Positions 12,362 through 25,684 of a DNA stretch of 64,000 bases are shown in pieces. The first letter of the stretch is position 1, and each line of letters starts with the position of its first letter. This DNA is from Chiloscyllium plagiosum (Eukaryota). The stretch covers positions 17,131,090 through 17,195,089 of the forward strand of contig NC_057751.1 of assembly GCF_004010195.1 (NCBI RefSeq), written 5' to 3'. The notes under the pieces were generated by a model that did no database searches, was not told the DNA's origin, and saw nothing but the letters and a program-made list of their open reading frames with translations. Position numbers and translations under genes: made by a program.

Positions 12362-13390
12362 CAGCAGGCAGTTGGAAGAACAGAGCAAGCCCGGGAGCAT
12401 CGGGAGGTGGAGAGGTCAACGTTTCGGGTGTAATCCTTCATCAGAAATAAGGGAAGGTGTCAGGGAATCTGTAGATAAGGGGGGTCAGGAAACGGGATTT
12501 CGGTATGGAGAGGGGCGGCTGGTGATGTACGGATAGGGGAACACATGTAGAGGGTATGATCTGGTAGATGGATGGGAGGAATGCTTCATTTGGCAGCTGG
12601 ATGGAAGGACGAATCAGATGAATGAAATGGAGAGTGTATGGTTGGAAAAAGAGGCAGGAGGTGGGAAGGGAGGTTGCTTGAAATTGGACCACTCACCAGT
12701 GAGTTTTCCAGTTATAGTAACCTCACTTCCCAAGCTCCGATGCCCGTTCCAATCCATCTCCCTCCGTTCCTTTCAAGGGACAACAATTCATCTTTTGAAT
12801 GGGCAGAAAATTAGGTGTTGTTCTCCAATTTCTGTTCTGCCCCACTTTAGCAATCGAGGAGGGCAAGGGTGGTCAGGTCAGAAAGAGAGTGGAAAGATGA
12901 ATTAAAGTGGGCAGCGACTGGTAGATCAGGTCAGCCCCTGTGTGGGCCCGACTGAGATGCTTGCCTAAACATACCCTCAGTTTACGTTTTTGTCTCACTG
13001 CGCAGCCTGGGCACTCTCCAGCCGGACGGACTCCTCATTGAGTTGTCCAGTTTCAAACAACCTCCCTTCCCATCCCCTCACAGCCTCGCCCTCTTTCCAT
13101 TCCTCTGAACGACCCTTCCTTCCTGATTCCGACTGGATTCATTCCTCCCATCGACATAACATCTTGGACCTGTGTTCAACTATCAATATCTCATTCTACC
13201 GCCCCTTTCGCCACCACCCTTCTGTCGCCAACGTTACCCTCCAGCTCCCCAAACACCAAAACCCAGTTTTGACGACTGCTCACACACCAAACATTGATTT
13301 TTGCAGCACCTGATGTTGCACAGCTTGCTGGATCCTTCCAGCCTTCTGTTTGTCTCCGTTGCAATCCAGCATTTGCAGTGTTTTTATCTC
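12362..13390. mobile_element. Penelope-like element remnant in inverted arrangement
   Basis: Minus hammerhead CTGATGA-A-GGAT-TAC-ACCC-GAAA-CGTT near 12417-12443. Minus GIY-YIG-like ETKRKLRVCLGKHLSRA near 12940-12996. Plus GTLQPDGLLIELSSFK C-terminus near 13010-13057, and a decayed plus terminal repeat at 13265-13390. Confidence 0.65.
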
Positions 13391-13779
13391 TAACCTTTCA
13401 CAGCAACCGTCACAGTTGGCTGACAGTGCAGGGGGAAATTATATTGACAGACCACGGTACACTGACATCTTTAATTTTCACAAAGGTCTTATTTACGAGT
13501 GGATTTGTGCACTCCTGCCCAAATTTGTTGCAGGAAGTCCCTGTCCAGGAATCTGACGCGGAGAAAGCTTCTGTAGGCAATTAAAGTTTCTGAATCTGCT
13601 CAGAATATCTGTGTCATTGTTTATTAAGTGAAGCTGATTTTCAGTTTTGTTTTCAGAAACAAACTGATCATAATATATCATCAGCTATGTTAATAACTGA
13701 GTAAAAAAAAAGTATTCATATTTCGTGCCTAGTGGAATAGAGATAATGCATGGAAACAGTTTTCTCTTCCTTAAATTCA

Positions 13780-14172
13780 AAGGGTTCAGAAAAGATTTAC
13801 AACGATACTGCCAGCGTTGGAATGTTTGAGCAATCGGGAGAGGTTGAATAGACTGGGATTTTTCCTCTGGATCTTCGGAGATGAAGAGTGGCATCACAGA
13901 TCTTTATATACTCACGAGGGGGAAGAACAGGGCAACGGAAGAAGGTCTACTCGCTGGGATAATGGCATCCAGATTAGGGTGGACAGGTTTAGGGTGAGAG
14001 GGGTAAGATTGGAAAGGGATCTTGGATAAAGGGGCAACTTTGTCACGCAGAGGGTGGTGTATTACAGAATGACCTGCCAGAGGAAGTGTTGAAGACTGGG
14101 ACAATTACAACTTTTAGAAGGCATCTGGTTAGCAATATGGGCCAAATGCTGGAATATGGGATGGGATTAATT
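13780..14172 (+). mobile_element. CR1 LINE 3' fragment
   Basis: Reads LSNRERLNRLGFF, followed by a CR1 3' UTR. Confidence 0.75.
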
Positions 14173-14229
14173 TATCAGAAGGAAGGTTCGGTTTGGAGTT
14201 TTTTTTTCTCATTCCATTTGTTTACATCG

Positions 14230-15524
14230 TGATACAATTTACTGGGAAATTCAGGGGTGAAAGTGCTGTCTGTGACTCTGAGGAATCCGGACAGTTTCCT
14301 CAGAGTACCTGACTGTAACTGTTTTTACAATAACTGAATGTTTGCCGCTGCATATTGCTCCTGATATCAAGCACAGTGCTATTGCTACTCGCTGAGGTTT
14401 GTTCTGTTTTCTGAGTTTATATTGAGTTCCTCTTTCAACTGTATGTTTGGTCCTCAGCCTTTGTTAAGATGGTATCACTGAGTCTTGTGCTGAGGAACCC
14501 ACCTCGGCTCTCCGGACAAACGGGTCGCTGATGTTATCTGGATCTGTGAAATAATGAACTAGGAAATACAAGGATTAAGCTTTGCTTTACGGATCTGAAA
14601 AATGAGAATTGTAAAGTGCAAGACCCTCTGAACATATCTATAACTGTTGTTCAACATGCCTGGACATTAGTCATGTCAGTAAGTGTTTTAAATAACCATT
14701 ACAGTCTTAGCATCAGTAATAGGCTTGTTATTCCAAACTGCACTTAATCTTTAGCAGTGTTACTATTAAACACAACACATTATTAATGGTATCTCCAAAT
14801 TTATTATGTACAAATGACTTTGATTCCTGTGCGGCTTGCTTCAATTCTCCAAGCTGGTAATTATTCGTCTCTCAAGGACCTCACCTCCGTTTTAGCACAA
14901 ACCAATCACTGCTGAATCTAAACCTGAGTAATAATGTATTGGAGGATTCAGGAGTGAAACTACTGTCTGCAGCTCTGCGGCTTGTAAAGTACAGAGAAAG
15001 AAGTCAGTACAAAACCCTTTGGATGTTGCTTTTTATTAAATACCATCTATCTTTATTATTATGAGCCATACTGTCATCAGTAAACACTTTTTTTTTCTTA
15101 AAACTCTGATTCTTTATTTCTCTGAAACCCAGTCTACAGGGCCTCATTCTGTCAGATTTTGCTGTGGATGATTTGCCTATGACCTCCGTCGAAACTGGTC
15201 ACTTACGGTTCTGAACCTCGGATCACAACCCTCGCAGATATATCCAACCCCACAATCTGTCTGCTGATAATGGTACGTTCTTACGGATAGTACTGACTGC
15301 AATAATCAAAATATAAACGCAATTATCAAAAAAAAAAGTTGCGGTCACTGTTTGTAGTTGCTTTGGAAATGCTGACAACCTTGAGCCAATTTCCCTGTTT
15401 TCCTCTGTATTTGACTTAGTTTATTTCCTGTGTCAGGTTGTGGCAGATACAGTTCAGTACATCTGAAAAGAAAAGCTTGATATTCCTGCTGGAAATCAGA
15501 ACTAGAATGTGTGTGGTCGTGTGA
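14230..15524 (+). pseudogene. 3' LRR exons of an NLR (NACHT-LRR, NLRP/NLRC3-like) or RNase-inhibitor-like pseudogene
   Basis: Exon-sized RI-type LRR units: ~14232 YNLLGNSGVKVLSVTLRNPD; 14458-14628 LC*DGITESCAEEPTSALRTNGSL/LDL*NNELGNTRIK..NENCKVQ; ~14853-15003 TNQSLLNLNLSNNVLEDSGVKLLSAALR; 15133-~15290 LQGLILSDFAVDDL/RNWSLTVLNLG; terminal exon 15437-15524 LWQIQFSTSEKKSLIFLLEIRTRMCVVV*. AG acceptors end at 14457, 15132 and 15436. Contains stops and frameshifts. Confidence 0.8.
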
Positions 15525-17602
15525 AAATTGTTGCCTTAATCTCTTCCCTGCTGTTTAAGCAGTTGCACTCCAGATTGGAGTCCTATTGGCGGTTTCCGGG
15601 AAGGAGCCAGTGTAAAGCTGTGGCTGGCATCAGTGGCATGCTGACAGTTTTAAACGGTAATTCTGGGGTCGTGCTCAGTATCTGCGCTTGCCTTACCTTC
15701 CAGGAACTGAGCCAGTTCGGCCTTCAGGTTGGAGACAGAATCTGTTCGTCTGGGTGGATCCCACTGTCGGAAAGTGCACAGCGAACACCTGAAGTTACTC
15801 AGAGAGAGGGACAGAGAGACAGAGTAACTTGATGAGCAAATGTCCGAGACTTGCCTGGCCAGGATGGATCAGCAGAACGAAAGGAGAAATGGGGTGTGTG
15901 GCATCCTGTTATTTTGAGTGAATAAGCACTGGGAGTGTTTTAGAACTGCTCTACCAGTGTTTCTTACATTAACGAGGGAGCTGGACTGGCATCACTGTGA
16001 AAATTGAACACCGTGTGCTTAGTGAAGCCTGATTTCTTCAAACAGTTCGACCTGGAAATCCAAACCACGATTGATTGTGGAGAGCCGTGATTACTCTGTG
16101 AAATCTCCTGAAAAACCATGGGACAGTGAATGGTGTTTGTTGCACTGGTGTGGTGTTGTATAGTGACATTCACTTAGAATTTTCTTTCTGAACTAGATGT
16201 AATTGTTGATCTAATGAATGCTTTCTGACAGTTTGAGCCGTCATCCTTTCTCACTCATGTCACTTTCCAGTTTTAGTTTATTGTGATAGACAGGGTGATC
16301 CATCAACTTCAAACTAAATTATTGATGTAATCGACGTTTAATTTATTTTCATTATGTTCATGCATTAAACATTGCCAGTTGATGACATGCTGTCTTGCAT
16401 TCTGTTTAAAACATTTGATGTGAGTGTTTTAATACATTCACACAGAAGCTTGTGCAGATTCGAATTGAGGATTAGTGAAGATAACTGATAACATTCAAGT
16501 ATGATTGTGACAAGGGGGTAGAACACAACAGGCTGAGAGATCATTGACTTTTAGTTGAAGAGAGCAAACGCAGACAGCTCCATTTGTGATGACATATGGT
16601 GACAGGATAAAGAACAAATCTTCTACCTTGCCATATATTTGTTGGAACCCTGATCCCTAGCATGCTAACAAGGTTTGAGAACACACAAACCTCTGATTTA
16701 AAAACAACTATTTCACTACTGAGCCACAAGTATCACCGATGTAAAATGGCAATCCATCAGCGTGACTTAACTGTGCGACAGATTTCAACAAATGAGCACC
16801 AAGGATGTCTGCATAGCGTCCAAAAGTATCTATAGGATGTTATCTGAGGCAAGACTACAGTTTCAGCCCTGGGGGCTGATTCAGCAGTTGATGACGGTTT
16901 CGGGCTGACAGACTGAACTCCAGGTGCTCACGTATAATCCTCGCAGACACTCTCTCCAGTAATGGGAAGAATGTACGGCTACTGATAGAAACAGAACATT
17001 TTACAGCACAGAAGGACACAGGTTAGCACGATGTGTCAGTATGCCTTGGAAAAAAGGACTCCAGCCCCCACACTATCAGGCTCTTCGTTTGTAGTGTATG
17101 GTCCCTCAGGTGTATATCCAAGGTTATTAACTCTCTTACTATTGAGCAGAAACAATCATCTTCGCTGGCCCTGCAATTCCATTTTTCCTGCTTTTCTAAC
17201 GCTCTGTTAACAGTACGTCTTCTCACTGACTACAGCGAGACCTGAATAATATCTTGCACTGCAATTAAATGTTATCTCAGTGTTTTCGATTTCAAAGATG
17301 CAATCGTACGTCATAGGAAATGGATTGCAAGGCGACCAAGCATGGAGACGCCGAAAGAGGAGGAGATGCACATGCAACTTGTGATAGTACTGGCAGGTTG
17401 ATGTGCTGTTTCTCTTGCAGCGAGGTATTGCCAGAATGGTGCCTCAATGTCTACTTCAGGAGACGCGAGCAAACAGTTTTTGAGCAACTGGAATTTTGTT
17501 TTGAAATCAGACACAAGCATGGTGGAGTCATGCTCAGACAGAACTGGGTTTTTGTTTTGCAATCAGTTGGGGTTTGAGTTGGTCGTTGTTGCTGATAGAG
17601 AA

Positions 17603-17622
17603 AGCTCTCTTTCTTTCTCTTC

Positions 17623-17657
<35 letters not shown>

Positions 17658-17715
17658 GTGCGCACACACACAGACACAGGCACACAGAAACACACGCACG
17701 CACTCGCTCTCTCCT
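17603..17715. repeat. (CT)n(CA)n compound microsatellite
   Basis: Seen directly. Confidence 0.95.
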
Positions 17716-18759
17716 GCAGCAAAAAGCCTGGTTACTTCCTTTGCTTCTGCATTGTTTCTTTCAGCATTCCTTTTTTTTTGGACTGCAAGGAACGGAGCTC
17801 GCCAGAAATACCAGTTTGCCTGAATTTGACTTTGCTAAAGTTATTATTATGGGATGCTGTTATGCTGGAACAGTCAGCATAAATTGTTATATTGTTAAGC
17901 CTTTTGATATAGTTATACCTTTTTAAAATTTGCATTCAACTGTGTTAGAAGAATAAAGTGTGTTTTTGCTTAAACCGTATTGTTGGAACACTTGAATGAA
18001 TTGAGCGCCTGATACTTGCTTCGAGCAATAATTCGGGTCCAGGCTATCTCCTTGACGAACCTTGACTGATCGGTATTCAGCTCTGAGGACTGGGGAGGGT
18101 GATGGTGTAACAGGGGAGTGCAGTCAGAAATTATGTCGCAGTGGTATGATCACTACACTATCAGGCCAGCTCAGTGTGGCCTGCAGGGAGACACTGATAG
18201 GTATATTCAGTATTCCTGGCTTTGGAAGACAGGGTTCTCCCTCAATGTTAATTCATAATGACTATATCTTGAATTGGACAGGACAGAGACAAGTTTTATT
18301 CAAATGTGATATGTCCCAACATCCAACAATGACCAGAAAAGGGCATCTAAAGGGTCTCAGCGAATTGCACCAAGCTTTGGTCAGCAATCCATAATTGAAA
18401 ATGCACAACATTCCATTGGCCATGTATTGGAGGTTAGCTCATGTTACCACTCTGTCTTTTTGAAAGGAGGGCGCCTGAAAGCCAGGAATGATAGACCTGC
18501 TCGCCTGACATCAGTCGTGAGTGAAAAGAGTAGAGTCCATGATAGACGCTTTCAGATCAGAGCACGTTTAAAAAAATGTGAAGAATCGGCCAGAGGCAGC
18601 AAGCATTTCTGAAAGGATAATCACACTTGGCACATCCGCTGGAGATTTATCTTGAGCATATAACCACTAGAGATGCTAACGGGAAATCATTCCTTTGAGA
18701 AGCTTTTCAATAAGGTCGCCCAGAAGTAGCGAGGACACAGAGAGGAAATGCAATTACTT

Positions 18760-19099
18760 TTCAACTCATTCACAGGTTGCTAGCAAAACCGGGATTGGTT
18801 GCCTGTCCCTAGTTGCCGAGAGGGCGGTTTAGAGACAACCACATTGCTGTGGGTCTGGATTCAAATATTGGCCAGACCGTGAGGGAGGGCGGTTTCCATC
18901 CCTGAAGGACATTTTTGAAGCACATCTTTTTTTCCCAAACATTCGACAACGGATTTGTGGTCTTTACGAGATTCTTAGTTCCAGATGTTTATTAAATTCA
19001 AAGTCCTCGAGCTGCCGTGGCCAGAATTGAACCCAGGTCCCCATAACATGTCTCGGGATTAACAGCCCAGCGATCATACTACGAAGTCACCGCCTCCCC
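18760..19099 (-). mobile_element. Deu-domain tRNA SINE (SacSINE1-like)
   Basis: Minus head GGGGAGGCGGTG..CCTGGGTTCAATTC, central TCCAGACCCACAGCAATGTGGTTG motif, and an L2-like tail. Confidence 0.6.
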
Positions 19100-19160
19100 A
19101 GGAGGGCGAAGCAGGTTATGTCTAGTGATGTAACACCGGGCTCAGTAACATCGGGATGGA

Positions 19161-19253
19161 TTCCTGATGAAGGACTTATGTCAGAAACGTTGATTCCCCT
19201 GCTTCTCAGATGCTGCTTGTACTGTTGTGCTTTTCCAGCATCACACTGTCGAC
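19161..19253 (+). mobile_element. Degenerate family A hammerhead element
   Basis: CTGATGA-A-GGAC-TTAT-GTCA-GAAA-CGTT followed by the family A body. Confidence 0.7.
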
Positions 19254-20227
19254 GAGGATTCAGTGCGAGGACTCCAAGGGTCAGTGGTAGGACATAAGCC
19301 TTTCACAACCATGATTTAGGGTTAGAGGAAATATCTAAAAGACATCTATTCAGTCTGAAGACAACACAAATCCATTGGGAGAATGTGGGGATGCTTCAAT
19401 GTGGTTTGTACACGTCAATTGACCGATGAATTGCATTGCAGCAGATAAAGTGATCAATGTGAGGATTTTGAAGTAAAAACAGAAAGGTGGATTATTAACC
19501 AGGGGAATAGTTTGGGAAAGGAGGGAAATGTCACAAGATCTGTGTATGTCTCTCGTATACCTGGGCTGAAAGTCAGCACTGCAGGAGGAGAGGGCAGCGA
19601 TGAGGGCAAACAGTACTTTGGCCTTCACCACGAGAGGATTGGAATACAGAGCAGGGAGGTCTTGCTAAAATTGTATAATATTGAACAATCTGGTGTCCTT
19701 ACCTGAGGAAGAATTTCTCGGGTTGGATGAAGAGCAACATCGGTTTATCAGCGTAACCCCTGCAATGGCAGGAGTGATGAATGAAGAGACTGCATTCAGT
19801 TAGGACGGTATTCATCGTACCTTATACGAGTGACGGGATGATTCCATAAACATTTACAAACTTCTGACGGTGTAAATGCAGGGAGAGTATTCCTGATGAC
19901 CAGGTAGTCGAGACAAGGGCTGACAGGCTGAGGATGCACAAACTGTGATAAGGAGGAATGTCGTCATTGAGAAAGGGGAATTATAATCTGATAATATATA
20001 AAGATCTGCATGCAGACCCACTGGATTAACTTATTTGTTCACAGAATTATATTCCTGTTGAGGAAATGTAAGCATTAGGGCCAAACATAACTCTGCTTGA
20101 CCCTCACATTTGATGAAATCGAGGCAACAACTGACAGGGTTCAATATAAAATGCAATATCAGAAAGATGATTGGATTAACTCAAGCTAAGATTGGTTTTC
20201 TCGAATAACAATTGGGATAGATAGCTA

Positions 20228-20375
20228 CCGAGGAGCAGGAGTATCAACTTTTCGAGCATAAGCCCTTCATCAGGAAAGACAGATGAAAGGCTTATGTCCA
20301 AAATGTCGATTCACCTGCTCCTTGGATGCTGCCTGATCTGCTGTGCTTTTGTAGCACCACACTCTCCACTCTGAC
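20228..20375. mobile_element. Degenerate palindromic family A element
   Basis: Inverted arms around AGCCCTTCATCAGG..GATGAAAGGCTTATG. Confidence 0.7.
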
Positions 20376-20599
20376 CCTTTCCCTTAACAATTAAGATACC
20401 CAATCGCGAGCGAAATGAATTGCAACTAGGAACAGGACGAGGCCATTCAGCCTTTCGAGCCTGGCCTGCAATTGAAAATGAGCCGAGGTAATTGTTCAAC
20501 ACAGTCCCACGTTCCCACATTGTCCCCCATGCACGTCGATCTCCCTGTTCCTCAATAACTCTGTTTCACTTATTTTCCAAGATGTGCTAAGTTTTGTGC

Positions 20600-23495
20600 A
20601 CAACGTGTATGACTGCAACGTAATCTACACGCCCCTCAATTTCCTGCCATTCTTGCGCTTGTCCACCCGTCACCTAAATGTCCTCAAGTCTCTGACTCCA
20701 CTAACACTGGTGGCAGTACATTCCACGCACCCATCATTCTCTGCACAAAGAATCTACCTTTGACATCTCCCAAGTACCTTCCTCCAATCACCTTAAAATT
20801 GCGATACTTCGTGACAGACATTTCAGTCCTGAGGAAACACTCTGGCTATCTACTCTATTTATGCCTCTCATTAGTTTGTACGATTCTATTCAAGTCACCT
20901 CTCTTCCTTCTTCTCTCCAATGTGAAAACCCCAAGCTCACTCAAACTCTCTTCATTAGACAAGTAATCCAATTCAGGCGGCATATCGGTATATCTCCTCT
21001 GCACCCTTTCTAACACATCTACGTCCTTCCAATAATAAGATAACCACAAGTGGACACAATATTCCAAGTGCTGTCTCACCGCTTTGTTATGGAGCTTCAG
21101 CAACACATCGATGCTCTCAAACTCAATCCCCAGTTAAGAAAAGCCAAAACACCGTACACCTTATTTAAAAAAAATCAACGGAGGTAACATCTTGAAAGGA
21201 TCTATGTACGTGCATCCCAACTTCCCGCTCTCCCTCTATATCGCCGAAAATTCTATCTTTAAACGTGTATTCAGCATTAAAATTCGACTTTGCAAAAGGA
21301 ATCATTTCGCATTTATCCAGGTTGAAGACCATATGCTACTTCTCAGACAGGCTCTGTATCCTGTCAATATTTTGTTATAGCATTTTAAAAAAAACAGCCC
21401 TTGACACTAGATACAACATGACCGACCTTTTTTGTCATCGGCATACTTACCATCCCACCCTTCCCCTTATTATCCAAGTCATTTATAAAATGTTACAAAG
21501 ATGAGGTGCCCAAGAACACATCCCTGCGGGAAACCACTAGTCCATCCACTACCACTCACTTTCTCCTTTCGACCAGATGGCTAAGTGTCCCTGTATCCCA
21601 TAACTCCTAACTTTCTGAATGAGGCTATCGTGGGGAACCTTATCAAATGCATTACTGAAATCGATATACACCACACCCACTGCTAGACCTTCGCAACCTG
21701 ACTCTTCACATCATCAAAGAACTCAATAGAGATTGAGAGTCATGCCTCCCCCCCACCCCGACTATTTTAAATCAAACTCTGCTTGTCCAAATAGACATTA
21801 ACCCTGGACTGTGGCTTGGTGTTGTCTGATTTGTAACTTTGTTTACCCAAGTCCAACACTCCCCTCTCATCATCATGCAAGAGCAGGGTGTTTCTCTTGG
21901 TGCTGTGTGTGTCCTGGGAGTGTCTGGTGCAAGCAGTGTCAGGGCTTCTTGGTCTTTTATGCTTACATCTCTGGTTTCAAAAGAGAGGAGGGTTGTTTTT
22001 CAAATGGGAGGCCGGTGGCGAACATATGTATTAGTACGGTGTCCATTGCCATTTGTCATGTATAGAATAAGAATTTCTATGGGAAAATAGGACCAATGGT
22101 TGCGTGTATGAGATGAGCTGCCAGGGGAAGTGTTGTGGGTTGGTAAAATTATAACATTTAAAAGATACCTGAATGGGTATATGAATAGGAAGAGTTTGGA
22201 GTGATATGGTCAAAGTGCTCAGAAATGGGAAGAGATAAATTTAGAATATCTGATTGGCATAAGCATGCTGGACCGAAGGTTCTGTTTCCATGCTGCACAT
22301 CTCGGTGACTGTATTACTCAGAATCCTTTCCAGTATCTTGCTCACCACAGACTAACTTCTCTGCAATTTCCAGGGATTTCCCTATTCCCTTTCTTGAACA
22401 GAGCAACAACATTCGCCTGTCTCAAATGATTCAGTAGTACTCCAGTGGAGAGTGGGGATGCAAAGATCATCGCCAGAGGCGCAGCAATCTCATTACTCTC
22501 TTCATAGAGTTACCTTGGAAACATCTCGTCGGACCCTGGGAACACATCTACCCTAAAGCTACCCAGAGCTTTCAGCACATCCACTTTCTTAATATCAAAC
22601 TGTTGAAGCCAGTTCCACAGTTTTCTCACGATCAACAATGTCCATCTCTCTCTAGTGAAACCAGAAGCAAAGAAAAAACTAATTTAGCGCCGGTCCTACC
22701 TCGTCAGACTCCAGACACAAGTTTTCTCCAAAACCTAATATTGCCCCTCCCCTCTCTATGTACATTAATGGTTTTCCTTATGTTATGCCTTTGAGTTTTC
22801 TCCAATCCTTCCCGCCAAGGTTTTTTCATTTCCCCTCCTAGATCAATTCAGTCCATTTTTGAGTTATTTCCTAAGTGCTCTGTAATCCTCTAAAGCCTTG
22901 ATTTCTCAAGCATAAGTAAGCTTCTTTCTTCCTCTTGACAAGAAACCCCCCCTTGTCTTATCACCCACTGCTCCTGGCGTTACCATTCCTTGCCTATCTC
23001 AGCAGGATAATACCATCCAACTTCCGAAACAAGTCCTCCTTAAACAGCCTCCACATATCTGTTGTGCGTTGCCCATGGAACAATTGTTCCGAATTCTTCT
23101 TCACAGCTCCCATCTAATAGCTGTATAATTGCTTCTCCCCAATTAAATATATTGCCATACAATATTTTGCGTCCCCTCACCATGGCTATTGTGAAGGTAA
23201 GACAGTTGTGATCACTGCCACCAAAATGTTCTTCCACAAAGAGATCTGACACCTGGCCTGGCTCGTTGCCTTGCAACAAATCCATTTCGCCCTCCCACCA
23301 CAGCTCCTGACCCCCACACCCCCTGCTTTCGGCCAATCTACATATTGTGTCAGTAGTCATTCTTGGACAAAATCGGCTCCACTAAGATTATCTGCACTAA
23401 GGAGTTCCCAATCAATATTGGGGAAGGTGAAGTCACCGAAAACAACAACTCTATTGGTTTTGCCCCTTTCCAAGATCTGCTTTCCATGCTGTTCT
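20600..23495 (-). mobile_element. Degenerate CR1 LINE (RT and endonuclease), with small nested insertions near 21805-22320
   Basis: Minus reads LEYCVHLWLSYYWKDVDVLERVQRRY and EPGQVSDLFVEEHFGGSDHNCLTF. Confidence 0.8.
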
Positions 23496-23507
23496 ATCAT
23501 GCTGTTA

Positions 23508-23695
23508 GGGGTGGCACGGTGGCACAGTGGTTAACACTGCTGCCTCACATTGCCAGAGACCCGGGTTCAATTCCTGCCTCAGGCGACTAGTGGTGTGGAG
23601 TTTGCACATTCTCCCCGTGTCTGCGTGGGTTTTCTCCGGGTGCTCCGGTTTCCTCCCACAGTCCAAAAATGTGCAGGTCAGGTGAATTGGCCATG
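23508..23695 (+). mobile_element. 3'-truncated HE1-type V-SINE
   Basis: A box, B box and V core present; no tail. Confidence 0.9.
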
Positions 23696-23739
23696 GTTCA
23701 GAATTATTGAAGTCACTGTTGGGGATCTTCAACAGGTTT

Positions 23740-24040
23740 AAATTACAGAACAAGGTACAAATCGCCCATCCGGGACAAGTGGGGAGCATTCCCTCACACT
23801 CCTGATTTGTGCCATGTCGATGGCAGGACACGATTGGGGAGTTAGAAAGTGAGTTCCTCGCTGCAGGATTCCCAGCTTCTGACCTGCTCTTGTAGCCATT
23901 TGTTTATATGAGCTGGATGAGTTCAGTGTCTTGTCAATTCTATCATCGATCTGAATGGGTAGAGTGCGCTGGTGACCAAATGCAATTGTTCTGAGGGCCA
24001 TCAGTGCTGTGTAAGTTGCCAATTTTATCACTAAGATGCT
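23740..24040 (-). mobile_element. L2/CR1-clade LINE fragment
   Basis: Minus reads ATRAGQKLGILQRGTHFLTPQS..AQIRSVRECSPL, homologous to 38028-38339. Confidence 0.6.
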
Positions 24041-24269
24041 TAATTATGCCCACAGTCTGACACAAATAAACGATCAGACTTCAGGTTTCATCATACAACA
24101 TAGAACGTTACAGCTCAGTACAGGCCCTTGGACCTTCATGTAGGGCCGACCTGTGAATCCATTCTAAGTGGCAAATCCCTGTCTGTTATCAACGTGCTTG
24201 GACACTCTCCAGCCCAAATAATCATGCTAAGTTATTTCGAATTTCTTGAATACCTACAATGCTCTGAAG

Positions 24270-24745
24270 AATGCGTTTCAGGAGGTATATACTGTCCAGA
24301 GAAGTTTCACGAGATTGCAAGCGTTTATGGAAGTCCTGTCCTCGGAGAAGAGGGTGAAGAGTTGGAATCGTTGGGATTCAGCAGAATGGGAGGTAAGAGG
24401 GCGAATGACCCAAGGAGGTGGAATGGAGGTAAATGTAGACAGAACGTACTCTTTGCCCTCGTGAATCAATCTCAGACCTGACAGAATGATCCCAGAATAA
24501 AGGGGCACGCAGTTTGGACAGAGTATTGAGCAATTGCTTCACTCAGAGGGTACTCAAGTTGCGGAATTCTTCACTGCAGAAAGTTTTTGAAATTGGGCAA
24601 TCAAAGATATTCGAGGATGCGAAAAGGATTATGGGGAAAAGAGAACGACGGAAGCCGTGATTAGCAGATCAGCTGTATTCCAAGTGAATGGCACAGCAGA
24701 CTCGATAATCTGAGTAGACTACCGCTGTTCCTGCATGCTGTGGTC
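24270..24745 (+). mobile_element. Degenerate CR1 3' fragment
   Basis: Reads VQRSFTRL, followed by a CR1-like 3' end. Confidence 0.6.
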
Positions 24746-25259
24746 GAGTTACAAGACTTTGGAACAATTCTCCTGAAATTGTGGTGACAAGGAAGACTTT
24801 GAATACCTTTTAAGGAAGGGATAGAGAGAATCCTGTAAAAAAAGAAAGTTCATTGTTGTCAGGGGTGGATGAGAATGCAACTTTGAGACTTCAGTCAGTT
24901 CAGCCATGTCCATAGTGAATTATGGGGATAGTGAAGATTGATAGTAAGACTAATTTCTTGAAGGCCACCACTATGCATATCTCCGAAACCACGCGTGATG
25001 ATCAATATTAACCACACAGTGAACACACATGCCGTTTATCCCCACCCAACAGCACGAACACCCACGTTTCCCACAACAACCTCTAAACATAGCAGGGTCC
25101 AAGTTAATAATATTTGCAATGGCTCCTAACCTGAGATTAAATCACGGCGTAACAGTATGTCCCAGGGAAACAAGAAAAAGCATAGGAAGCACGATCTGAA
25201 TCATGCACTGAATGTCTCCGTGCACCTTCCCCTGATATGAGTACTCCACATTACTCCCG

Positions 25260-25380
25260 TTGAAGGGCTTATGCCCTAAACGTCGATTCTCCTGCTCTTC
25301 GGATGCTGTCTGACCTGCTGTACTTTTCCACCGCCTACTTTTCGATTCTGATCACCAGCATCTGCAGTCCAGACTTTCTT
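25260..25380 (+). mobile_element. Family A hammerhead-derived element (single arm)
   Basis: TGAAGGGCTTATGCCCTAAACGTCGATTCTCCTGCTC...CAGCATCTGCAGTCC. Confidence 0.8.
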
Positions 25381-25502
25381 GACAGTACAACTCAAACCTA
25401 ATGTAATAACCTGATCATCATGGATCACTAAATGTAAACATATCCCAACCAGCTCGATATCCTACTCGCCAAAATCGCACTCACACACAGATAAATCCCC
25501 AG

Positions 25503-25684
25503 ACTTTCATTCATCACCAAACTCGCCAACTCAGTCCACTATTTCTGATGTCTGAAGGGTCGCCATGCTAAAGGAAATTGCCTGCAGTTAGATCCAGGTA
25601 TTGGTGTATAACCAACAACATAGTGGGGCTATTATATTCACTCGTGTGCAGTTGCCCTGAGGAGGTGATGGGAATAGATTCAGT
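25503..25684. repeat. Left arm of a near-identical inverted duplication (right arm about 26295-26485)
   Basis: 25503-25649 is the reverse complement of 26339-26485 with one visible mismatch. Both arms give the ORF start MPAVRSRYWCITNNIVGLLYSLVC. Confidence 0.9.

Larger units (their letters stand above)
18430..19970 (+). mobile_element. Degenerate CR1 LINE with nested SINE and family A element
   Basis: Reads VFLKGGRLKARNDRPARLTSVV and later IGIQSREVLLKLY. Confidence 0.65.

Noticed and set aside
17280..18060. Possible solo LTR or 159-aa ORF (similar candidates near 28250-28830, 43300-43930 and 51150-51600)
   Set aside because: The ORF is driven by a microsatellite. An LTR identity is plausible, but no termini, TSD or paired copy could be verified by eye.
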